From assembly GCA_016192905.1 (NCBI GenBank), contig JACPTG010000004.1:5745-69744 (forward strand): DNA of 64,000 nucleotides. The letters run 5' to 3'. Shown here piece after piece: positions 9,503-18,900 of this stretch (position 1 is the first letter of the stretch; each line of letters starts with the position of its first letter). Under the pieces are notes generated by a model that searched no databases, was not told the DNA's origin, and saw only the letters and a list, made by a program, of their open reading frames with translations. The position numbers and the translations under genes are program-made. This DNA is from Candidatus Woesearchaeota archaeon (GTDB lineage Archaea > Nanobdellota > Nanobdellia > Woesearchaeales > UBA10216).

Positions 9503-10147
9503 TCATTTCGCACCTTCAGAACCCTGGGGCCTGCGGCGGATGAAGATAAAGACGACAACCAGAGAGACAATGGCCACGGCAGCAACCACAGGCAGGACAG
9601 GGAATGAGGGCTTAACAGCAACTGGGATGAGCTTAACGCCTGCCGCGGCTTTTGGGCAGTCAGCCTCGCACTGCTCGCCCTCGGCGCAGATGGAGTCGCC
9701 ACAATAACTATTCAGATGCGCCACTCCAATATCAAAAATTTTTCTTCCACCGATGTCATAAACACGTACGAAAGAAGCATTCGGTGAGTATGGGAGATAT
9801 AGCTGGACAAATGTTGACTCCACTTCGGGCATTGGTTGAGCCTCGGGTACTATGATTTGATTTCCAGAGCGATCAAACCAAGAACCATTAGCCAGAAGCT
9901 GAATTTCGGTAGGAAATTCAAATGTGACTAAGTAAAGTTGGGAACCGTCTTGGCCAATCAACTCAGCTCTGTAACCATATTCAGGCCCCTTTTCAGGAAA
10001 AAAATATACTTGCATAGCATAAGGAAGCTTATATGAAATATTTCCATGAGAATACTCCAGTTCGATAACGTAAACCCTTTCATAAGCAGCATAAGCTACG
10101 GGGGCAAGTAAAAATGCCAGAAAAACGTACATTAAAACATTTTTCAT
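9503..10147 (-). CDS. Secreted, C-terminally anchored small protein, paralog of 15107..15952
   Basis: The ATG at 10147 (aa 43 of track ORF 9503..10273) gives a signal peptide, MKNVLMYVFLAFLLAPVAYAA. The protein ends ...CGDSICAEGEQCEADCPK...SFPVLPVVAAVAIVSLVVVFIFIRRRPQGSEGAK. The longer track start would overlap the end of the upstream giant gene. Confidence 0.75.
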   Translation of the reverse strand: MKNVLMYVFLAFLLAPVAYAAYERVYVIELEYSHGNISYKLPYAMQVYFFPEKGPEYGYRAELIGQDGSQLYLVTFEFPTEIQLLANGSWFDRSGNQIIVPEAQPMPEVESTFVQLYLPYSPNASFVRVYDIGGRKIFDIGVAHLNSYCGDSICAEGEQCEADCPKAAAGVKLIPVAVKPSFPVLPVVAAVAIVSLVVVFIFIRRRPQGSEGAK

Positions 10148-10202
10148 TTTATCCCCCCCAAGCTCCATCTCCGCAGAATACATCCATTCATGATTGGCAG
10201 GA

Positions 10203-13200
10203 TTAATGGCATTTCTTATCTGCTCCGCAAAGACCGCTAATGCAGTCGTTATTTTCACTGCATGACTTACCATTGGAGCATTTCAGGCAGTTACCACCAC
10301 AATCGACATCTGATTCAAAACCATCAAAAGCTCCATTTGTACACACAGTTGCGCATTTATTTGGAGTAGTATATGGGTTGCAGTAGCCTGTGGCGCAGTC
10401 TGTTGAAAACCTGCACAGCTTACCTTGCGCGCATGACACGCACGGACCGCCACAATCAGTATCTGTCTCATCACCATTCTTAATACCGTCGTTGCAGGGA
10501 TTAACAGAACATTTACCAGCGCTCCCGCAGTTACCAGATTCGCAATCAGTTGCAGTCCTGCAGGCCTTATTAAGCCCACACTTCACAGAACAAGAACCAC
10601 CACAGTCAGTGTCGCTTTCGCCGCCATTCTTAATGCCATCAGAACATGACGCGCCACTGAACTTATTCAGCTTATCCGTCAAAAGCTTCTTGTTCCACAG
10701 GCCAAAATCGTAAGTCCCGCACTCCAGGCAACTCATAATAGAAGTGTAAACAGAGCGAAACGCGCCAATTTCTTTCAACCCGCAGCCCTCATGACAATCG
10801 ACCTCAAGGCTGTAAAGCGGAGTACCTTTTTCGCAGTCCACAGTCCCTTCCTCACCGCAGCCATATCCAATAAGACCGTTCCAGGGAGCCTTTTCCCGAC
10901 ATTCCACTTTGGCCCCGCCTACATAGCAGTTGGGGATTGAATACTGAATTGAAGCGCCCTTTATCGCATACTCATCAGCAAGACGCCCAAAGCTGTGACC
11001 TATCTCGTGCACAACAACTTTGTTATCAGATGCGGCGGGAATGCAAGTTATTCCTCTATCGCACTGGAACGTACGGTGACAGGCTTTGAAAATTTCAAGA
11101 TCCACCTGATCTAATATTCCATCATCATTATAATCGTCCAACCCTCGGTCATAATACGCCCTACGATTCTCCTCACAGTCATTCTTTATGGGCACATTCT
11201 TGCAATAAGGCCTATATTTCCCATCGGCCATGCAGTAATCATAAATCCGTATGTAAGCTTGGTCCCCGATTGCAAACCCGGGATAAATGTTTCCATTTAC
11301 CAGTACGACCATCAGCTTGTTTGAGTAAGGGCACAGACCAAATAATCTAAATGCGTCCACCGTAAACAATTTTTCATCGAAGTGGTTACCGCCATAAACC
11401 GCATAGAAATTCATCTTATTCCTGTTGGACGTAAACGGCTCAACTGAGAGGAGGCCATAGTTGCTTCCTGAAGGATCAACAGCCATCTGTGCATATTTCA
11501 GAAACGATTCCTTTGATTCATAGCCTATGCCAACAAAAACGAAATTCACTCTGTCCGCAGACGCGTCATTGCCAGGTATCAGGTCCTCACATACTCCGGA
11601 AGATACAATTCTGAACGTCCTGATGTAGGTTTTTAATATTTTGGAACCGGCTAAATTTCCGGATAGAGTTGCCCTGATATAATATGATTCGGGAGGTGTT
11701 TTTGCGGAATTCCAGACTCCGCCATGGATATTATCCTGAGGGCTAAAATCGCCATGCTTGCCATCATTAAACATCTTAACATTTGCTATAACTTTTGATC
11801 TGCTGTCGAGAATATCCAGTCCAATTTCAGCATCGACAATCCTTGGATCAGTAGTAACTAAAATTGCGAATAATGTGCCTTCAATTATTTCTTGCGGTGC
11901 ATCAAGATACGCATATACTGACTTAGGCAGAATCTTGACTTTTCCCTTGTATACCTCCTTATTTCCTGGCGTGCATTTCACTCCACCCACACCAACGGGG
12001 CAATTCCAGCCTTCTACAGCTAATGTGTAGTCTCCAGGAGAAAATTTTTGAAGCGCATTGTCTAAAACGACCAATGATTCACCTTCTACTGATTCATAAC
12101 CCCATTTAAGTGTACTCCAGAGTTCCTCATCGTTTAAATAAGGGCTTATAACATTTGCGTAAGCATTCCTTTTAACCAGCACCTGAATGGATTCATCCTC
12201 CTCAATAATATCAGGAAAAACGTTGAGAAGTTCTACCTTCGGGCTTTCAATTTTTACACACTTTTTTGAAATGCAGTCCAAGCCAGCCCCACAGTCTGTG
12301 ATGCTGTCGCAATTCTTGCCCGTATAGCACTTAATGCAACTGCCCCCACAATCCACGTCAGACTCTGTACCGTCCTTGACACCATTGCTACAATGTTCAA
12401 CGGTGCAGATATTGCTGCCGCTACAATACTTGGTGCGGCAATCGCTGTATGAATTACATTTTTGGCCAAGTACGCACTTAACGCAAGAGCCTCCGCAGTC
12501 AACATCAGACTCAGAACCATCCTTTTGATTGTTATTGCAATGTCTTACGCACCTTGAATTATCACATATCTTGCCAGAAGGGCAAGGATTGGCGGCAGAG
12601 CACTCCGGCCTTTCACATTTCAGCAAGCTTGGATTGCAGTAGTTGCTCTGGCAGTCCGCTGATACCCTACATTCGTCATCATTTGCACAGCCATTGGGGC
12701 AAGAGCCCCCGCAGTCAATACCAGTCTCATCAGCGTTCTTTTCTCCATCATAACAAGAAGCTGCACAGACCAAGTTTGCACACATGCCCCTGCGGCAATC
12801 TAAGGGCGACCCGCACCTCTGATTATATTTGCAACCACCGCAGGTTCCGCCGCAATCGATGTCAGACTCTCGGCCATTTATAACGCCGTCCGTACAGGAA
12901 GGAATTGAACAAACCCCTGAAGATGATCCTGAAGAAACGCTACAATATCCAGTGCTGCAGTCGCGATACTCCTTACATGGAGACCCTGTCTCGCACGGAG
13001 GGCATGGACCTCCGCAGTTCAACCCTGTTTCCCCGCTATCCTGCACGTTGTTAAGGCAGCTGCTAAAAACAGCGCATTTTCCCTGATTACAGAAATTGCT
13101 CTGGCAGTCAGCCTTAGAAAGGCAAGCCTTATTAATAGGGCACTTGCCGCAGCGAAGGCCGCAATCAGTATCAGTCTCCATGTTGTAATCGAACTTCCCA

Positions 13201-15029
13201 TTGCTGCATGCGAAATCCTGCACAAAAATCCTCAGGGCTCCACTCCAAGGCATTATACCCTGCAACTCCGAATGCTCTGCAGAGGAAACAATATCCCTCC
13301 CGTCCATCGCATCTGAATTTTTGCCCTTATCATAAATCACGTTAGGAGGAAGATTATCCAAAGACATGCCAGCTGGAGGGGCAATGTAAACATTGCTCAC
13401 CTGCAAAACCCTTTTTTTACCAGTATTGTAATCAAAGACAAAGCTGTCAAAGCCCTGGAAGGCGCGGCTTGCTGACTGCAAAGGATTACCGCTGCCATCA
13501 CGCATATCATATTTATCCAGCTCATAAAGATACCACCTTGAGCAGCCATCAGGCTTATGGCTGAAGCCGTGAGCATCCTCAGGGTCAACATCGCAGATTC
13601 TCCTCCATGAACGCTTCCCGTCCTTATGCACGAAAGTCTGGACCAGATGCTTCTTTCCGTCATTGCCGTCAAAAGAATAAACATCAAAACCTGCGAAGCG
13701 ATGGTCCTCCCTGGGAATAACACTCCCATCAGCATAAGTCATCTCCTCCATGCTCAAGTCAACAAAGCGCCACACCTGCTCGCATGAGGCCTGGTTATAA
13801 GCATGAAAGCTCCCATCAAGAGTACAAACCCTATTCCACGCACGCCAGCCATCATGGTGGACAAAGGACTGCACAATCTTCTTGGTGCCATCTGACGAGT
13901 CAAAGATGTAGTCATCAAAGCCATAAAATGTTTTTTCAGAGTCTGCCAGCTTTCCTCCCAAAGAATCAGAAAAATCCTCATCCTTCAAATTCACAAAATT
14001 CCAGGCAGTGCAGCCATCAGGCTTATGGCTAAAGCCATGGTCATCATTCTCATCATAATTACATACCCGGTTCCAGGCACGCCAGCCATCCTTATGGACA
14101 AAACTCTGCAAAATTTTCTTAGTGCCATCGCTGCTGTCAAAAATGAATGTATCAAACCCTGAGAAAGTCTTATCATAAGAAGCAAGGTCAGCACCCCTAG
14201 AATTCTTAAACTCCTCAGCAGCCAAATCAACCCTCCTCCAGGGAGACTCACAGGAAGACTCATCATAACCCCAGTCAAGAAATCCCTTTATTTTGCAAAC
14301 CCGGTTCCAGGCGACATTGCCCTCCTTATTTACAAAAGACTGGACTACCAGCTTGTCAAAAACAGGCTCATCCCCGTTAGGAAAAACAACATCAACCTCC
14401 TGGCCAAGAGAGTAATCTGCCTGGGCGGTGTAAGTAAACCAGCCATCACCAACAGACCATTTTTGCACCTGCCGGCCATCAAGCCACAACTGCATCTCAG
14501 GCGAATTCTCGCCCTTGGCAGAAATCCTGAAACCAGTGCTCCCAACCTTGCCTGAACGGGTTGGAATAGTACCAGAGATAGGCGGAGTGCCTGCACCAGG
14601 AGGAGTTACAGTGCCTGATGGAGCAGCCTTCTCCCTGCAGAGCTGGTCGCACTTCTTCCCAGCCTCGGTCGGGTAATAGACGCTGCTGCCGCTGCACGCA
14701 GACTTCACCCTAACCGTGCCATCAGGACAGCAGCAGCCGACCACGCACTCATCAACCCCGCTGCAGCCTTGGCCCTGCCTGAAGTATAGATTGCTGCATG
14801 TCTGCTGGCTTTTTTCAATCCCTGTGTAAAACCTTGGATAATCCGACGGAGGGGAAGGACAGCATTCTGAAAGAGAAACATCAGTAGAGGCGCAAACCCT
14901 TTCAATCGCATTGGGATTCAGGCAGCAAGAGGCGGCGGAAACAGAACTTGCGCCAAGGGCAAGAAGCGCCAGAACAGCCAGTAATAAGTAAACAAGGACA
15001 CCCTTTTTTACAAATCCGGCACCAAACAT
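10203..15029 (-). CDS. Giant secreted mosaic protein (giant 2) with an M64-like HExxH metalloprotease domain
   Basis: The listed start at 15041 is TTG. The first ATG at 15029 gives MFGAGFVKKGVLVYLLLAVLALLALGASSVSAASCC. Domains seen: the Cys-rich head CCLNPNAIERVC...CCPSPPSDYPRFY...CCCPDGTVRVKSAC, a CBM-like module split by VQSFVHKDGWRAWNRVC repeats, about nine E(S/T)DxDCGGxC modules, and DRVNFVFVGIGY plus VVVHEIGHSFGRLADEY (HEIGH at 10995..11009). Confidence 0.9.
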   Translation of the reverse strand: MFGAGFVKKGVLVYLLLAVLALLALGASSVSAASCCLNPNAIERVCASTDVSLSECCPSPPSDYPRFYTGIEKSQQTCSNLYFRQGQGCSGVDECVVGCCCPDGTVRVKSACSGSSVYYPTEAGKKCDQLCREKAAPSGTVTPPGAGTPPISGTIPTRSGKVGSTGFRISAKGENSPEMQLWLDGRQVQKWSVGDGWFTYTAQADYSLGQEVDVVFPNGDEPVFDKLVVQSFVNKEGNVAWNRVCKIKGFLDWGYDESSCESPWRRVDLAAEEFKNSRGADLASYDKTFSGFDTFIFDSSDGTKKILQSFVHKDGWRAWNRVCNYDENDDHGFSHKPDGCTAWNFVNLKDEDFSDSLGGKLADSEKTFYGFDDYIFDSSDGTKKIVQSFVHHDGWRAWNRVCTLDGSFHAYNQASCEQVWRFVDLSMEEMTYADGSVIPREDHRFAGFDVYSFDGNDGKKHLVQTFVHKDGKRSWRRICDVDPEDAHGFSHKPDGCSRWYLYELDKYDMRDGSGNPLQSASRAFQGFDSFVFDYNTGKKRVLQVSNVYIAPPAGMSLDNLPPNVIYDKGKNSDAMDGRDIVSSAEHSELQGIMPWSGALRIFVQDFACSNGKFDYNMETDTDCGLRCGKCPINKACLSKADCQSNFCNQGKCAVFSSCLNNVQDSGETGLNCGGPCPPCETGSPCKEYRDCSTGYCSVSSGSSSGVCSIPSCTDGVINGRESDIDCGGTCGGCKYNQRCGSPLDCRRGMCANLVCAASCYDGEKNADETGIDCGGSCPNGCANDDECRVSADCQSNYCNPSLLKCERPECSAANPCPSGKICDNSRCVRHCNNNQKDGSESDVDCGGSCVKCVLGQKCNSYSDCRTKYCSGSNICTVEHCSNGVKDGTESDVDCGGSCIKCYTGKNCDSITDCGAGLDCISKKCVKIESPKVELLNVFPDIIEEDESIQVLVKRNAYANVISPYLNDEELWSTLKWGYESVEGESLVVLDNALQKFSPGDYTLAVEGWNCPVGVGGVKCTPGNKEVYKGKVKILPKSVYAYLDAPQEIIEGTLFAILVTTDPRIVDAEIGLDILDSRSKVIANVKMFNDGKHGDFSPQDNIHGGVWNSAKTPPESYYIRATLSGNLAGSKILKTYIRTFRIVSSGVCEDLIPGNDASADRVNFVFVGIGYESKESFLKYAQMAVDPSGSNYGLLSVEPFTSNRNKMNFYAVYGGNHFDEKLFTVDAFRLFGLCPYSNKLMVVLVNGNIYPGFAIGDQAYIRIYDYCMADGKYRPYCKNVPIKNDCEENRRAYYDRGLDDYNDDGILDQVDLEIFKACHRTFQCDRGITCIPAASDNKVVVHEIGHSFGRLADEYAIKGASIQYSIPNCYVGGAKVECREKAPWNGLIGYGCGEEGTVDCEKGTPLYSLEVDCHEGCGLKEIGAFRSVYTSIMSCLECGTYDFGLWNKKLLTDKLNKFSGASCSDGIKNGGESDTDCGGSCSVKCGLNKACRTATDCESGNCGSAGKCSVNPCNDGIKNGDETDTDCGGPCVSCAQGKLCRFSTDCATGYCNPYTTPNKCATVCTNGAFDGFESDVDCGGNCLKCSNGKSCSENNDCISGLCGADKKCH

Positions 15030-15057
15030 GTGTCTAAGCAACTAAATTTTAACCACC

Positions 15058-15065
15058 ATATATAT
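15058..15065 (-). promoter_or_regulatory. TATA-like box upstream of giant 2
   Basis: The minus strand reads gatatatatg, centred about 32 nt upstream of the ATG at 15029, in the 65-nt spacer after the stop of 15107..15952. Confidence 0.4.
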
Positions 15066-15106
15066 CTTGCTGTGATTGCTGTGAGCAATGCAGACTTATG
15101 GGAACC

Positions 15107-15952
15107 CTACTTCCTGTTATACCCATACTTCTGCTGAAGCTGCTGAAGGGCATAATACTCCTTCAGCTCCTCAGGGGACATCTGCCGCTTAATTGGCTGC
15201 TGCTGGGCGGATGGCTGACTTGGCTTTAGCTGCTGCGGCTGGGACTTGGCTGCGGCAGGAGCAGATGCCTGAGCCTGCTGCTGCCTGGCCGGAGCAGGGG
15301 CTTTGACGGCAGCCTTCTGAGGCCTGCGGCGGATGAAGATGAAGACGGCAGCGAGAGAGACAACAGCCACGGCAACAACCACAGGCAGGACAGGGAACGA
15401 TGACTGCTTTACCGCAAGTGGAATGAGCTTCGGCGATTCCTTCGGGCAGTCAACATCGCACTGCTCGCCTGGAGCGCAGACTGAGTCGCCGCAGAAACTG
15501 GTCAGATGAGATAATGGAATTTTAAGCAGCCTGATTCCGCCGGGCGAATAAACCTCAACTGAACCTGCTTCCTCAGAATATGGAAATAATACATCCTTAC
15601 TGGACTTTTGCAGTGTGACTGATGTTCCATTTGGAATCACCACCTGCCTGCCGGACTCATCAAACCATGATGGGTCGGCCAACCCCGCCAGGACAAGCGG
15701 AAAGTTGAACCGGACCTCCAAAAGAGGATCTGAATTTTTGTCAAGCAGCCTGGCAAGATAGCCGTCTGAAGGCTGATCCCGCTCAGGGTAATAAATGCCT
15801 TCCGCAACATAGGCGCCGCCGTCTGATATTGCGCCATTATCATAAAGCATTGTAACCACGAAAACCCTTCCTGAAGAGGGCGCTTCCAAAGCAACAGCAG
15901 CTACTGCCAGAAGCAGAATGGCCACTGATGCAAACAGGCAGATTCTTCTCAT
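15107..15952 (-). CDS. Secreted membrane-anchored small protein with Gln-rich tail, paralog of 9503..10147
   Basis: Signal peptide MRRICLFASVAILLLAVAAVALEA. The protein contains ...SFCGDSVCAPGEQCDVDCPK...SSFPVLPVVVAVAVVSLAAVFIFIRRRPQ followed by a Q/A/P-rich tail. Its ATG overlaps the giant 3 stop codon (ATGA at 15949-15952). Confidence 0.85.
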   Translation of the reverse strand: MRRICLFASVAILLLAVAAVALEAPSSGRVFVVTMLYDNGAISDGGAYVAEGIYYPERDQPSDGYLARLLDKNSDPLLEVRFNFPLVLAGLADPSWFDESGRQVVIPNGTSVTLQKSSKDVLFPYSEEAGSVEVYSPGGIRLLKIPLSHLTSFCGDSVCAPGEQCDVDCPKESPKLIPLAVKQSSFPVLPVVVAVAVVSLAAVFIFIRRRPQKAAVKAPAPARQQQAQASAPAAAKSQPQQLKPSQPSAQQQPIKRQMSPEELKEYYALQQLQQKYGYNRK

Positions 15953-18900
15953 GGTATGCTGAGTGTGAACTCAACCTCCAAGCTGGTTGGATTAATATTG
16001 CCTGAAATATCCTTGCACTTCACGAATTTCTTAATTTTCCCATTCCATTCCTTTGTGTAACTGTATGCCTTCAAATGAGTCTTCAGATCTGTATCCCTAT
16101 CCAAAACTGTAGCCATTTGATCAAAGGGAACATCTGAACCTCCCACCCTGCACGTTGCCGGTTCGTCTGTGGACACCTCGATTGTCACATCACCGGATGT
16201 AACCAGAGGGGCGGGTCTCACCAATGTGACAACCGGAGGGGTCTTGTCAGAAGCGCTTCCCCCAATAACATTGAAGTCCCTTGAGACGCCGTTATTCGGA
16301 TGGCGAAAAACCATCCCGATTTCAAAATCCGTGACAGTTGCATAAAAAGTGTGCCTGCCTGATGTGAATTTGCTCTCGTACTCACATGGCGCGGATGTAC
16401 ATGTTTTGACAGGTGTTGCACCAGCATCCACATATATCTTGTACCTATAGAGCCCTGTTAGGCTGCTTACAAGCCTGATTTTTACCTGGTCGGCAGTTGT
16501 GGGGGAGGCGGGGTTATTGACAAGGGTTAAAAGCCCCCCTCCACCGACTGATAGATATAATTCCTCGCTGGAGCCTGAGCCTAACCTTGCTGAGTCGGCT
16601 TTTCCAGATACAACAAACATATTTGGCTCTGGGAAAGTTACTGTCAAAGAACATGAGGCGCTGGAGCACTCCTTCACGCTGCGGTCATCAAGGCTGATTA
16701 TAGTGAGATCTGTGTCGGCAAGCTTGCTTCGAACATTTATTGTTACAGGCGAGCCTGCGACCGGCCTTTCAGGCGAATACGAAACATCAACCAAACTTAT
16801 TGCGGGAATTGATATAACTGCGTTACCCGCCGGGAACCTTACCTTATTGCCTGACTTGCCTGTGGCGACTGCATAATAATTCCTGTAAACATTCCGATTA
16901 GTCAGACGAAGAGCGTAACTGCAGGTATTGCTGAAACAGGTGGCCTCTGGGGAGTTATCCATGCCAACGAAAATATCTATCTTGTGCACATCAGGCGAGT
17001 CGCTGGCAGCAGTTATCGTAACTGACTGGCCAATAAACCCTGTTTCAGGGGTATGATAGGCGCTGACAGACAAAGCCTTTGGTCTCGCTGTTCCAGAGAA
17101 AGAGCCGAGGCGCGCGCCAAGCAGCTTCTCATTCCAGGAGCCAAAGGCGTAAGGGTTGGCAAAAACATTTCTCATAATGCTGTTAAATACGGAGCGGAAA
17201 ACCCCCTTATAATAAGCGCAGCCATCATGACACCCAACCTCCAAGTTATAGTTTGCATCAGACTCCTTACAGTCGACCACGCCATCGCTTCCACATCCGT
17301 TTCCAATCAGCCTAGACCACGGGGCTGCTGCCCTGCACTGGTCAGCTGTTACAGGCCTGGAAGGCACATCATAGCAGTTGCCACTTTGACGAATCGAGAA
17401 TAAAGGATTGCCGCGGTCTTCTTCATACTCATCCATAAGGCCTCCAAAGGCATGGCCGAACTCATGCACAACAACACGGGAGCACACAACCCCTGTCTCA
17501 CATTCCTTCCTCACCAGACTGCACGCAGGTTCATTACCATCAGCATAGGCCAAACAGCCCCGCCTTACATTCACCTTTAGACAGGACTCCACTTCGCTGC
17601 AAAGATCAGGATATGAGACGTAAGCATTCCCCTCCAAGTCAGCGAATGCCCGAAACTCGGCGTTTATGAGAAAAACTATATGGCTGTTTGGCATGGCACA
17701 CAAGCCGCCGAAACTATTTAACTCAGATTGCAGATCCTGACTGCCAGAATAACCCTTAAAGTCGCCCTTAAGGACGTCTATATACCAGAAGTTAAACTTG
17801 CCCTTCCCGGATTTAAACGGCTCCAATGACAACAGCCCCGCAGGCCCCTCGACAGAGTTCCGGGCGTACTTAATGAAGTTTTCCCTGCTCTTATATGCCA
17901 CTCCGGCAAAAACTATATTGGCCCTATCACCATCTGCAAGATTGTGGCCTGGAATAAGCTCCTTGCAGACGCCGCCCTGGACCAGGTTCAAAGTTTTTTG
18001 CTCAGACCTTCTGATAGGGCCACGCAACTCCCTCACATCAGCTGAAAACGCCACAGAATACTTCCCCGGAACCAACCCTAAAGTGCTGAAAACGCCGCCA
18101 AACACCTTATCATTCGCAGCCCCATCACCATGATTGCCATCATCAAAAATCTGGATGTTGCCCACCTTCCTGCCTGACTCATCAAACAGCGATGCCTCAG
18201 GCTTCTCAAAAGGCAATGACGAACTGACAGCAGCCCTTACAGAGGCAACAGTTCCAACAACTGCGGACTGGGGGTTTACATTCAACGCCACTGAATACTC
18301 AGAGGTATCAGTGCACTTTCCCTCAACACATTTCAGGCCTCCAAGGCACTTGGAATCTACATCGCATTCTGCCTGCAGGCATTTTCCGCCACTGCAGTAA
18401 TTGCTCTCGCAGTCTTGGGCTGAAAAGCATTGTTGATTGTAACTACATTTCCGCGGGCAGGCCGAGCCGCAGTCAGTATCTGACTCTGCCGGGTCTTTTG
18501 CCCTATTCCCGCATTTGGAAGCGTCAAAGGCGCATTTTCCAGAAGCGCAATAATCAGACAGGCAATCTGCGCCGGCAGAGCACGCCCTGCTGTTTGCACA
18601 CCGAGCCATGCATACTCCACCACAATCAACATCAGACTCGCCTGAATCCAAATTTCCATTGCCACAGCTAAAGCTGCGAAGCTTAAACCTCAGAGCCCCA
18701 TTATAGGGCATTCTCTTGCCGAGAGATGAGCGCTCGGAGTCGCTGACAATTTCGAGGCCGTCAAACGCAGCCTCTGCCTTTCCCTTATCATACACCAACT
18801 CTTTACTGTCTGCATTATAGACTTCGCCGTTTATGGCAACAGACTCCACAAAAAGCTCAGGAGGCTTGGTCTTGAAGATGTAATCATCAAAGCCTGCAAA

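Noticed and set aside
15066-15090. Small palindrome attgctgtgagcaat downstream of 15107..15952 as a possible terminator
   Set aside because: It has only a 6-bp stem with no following T-run, so it cannot be distinguished from chance by eye.
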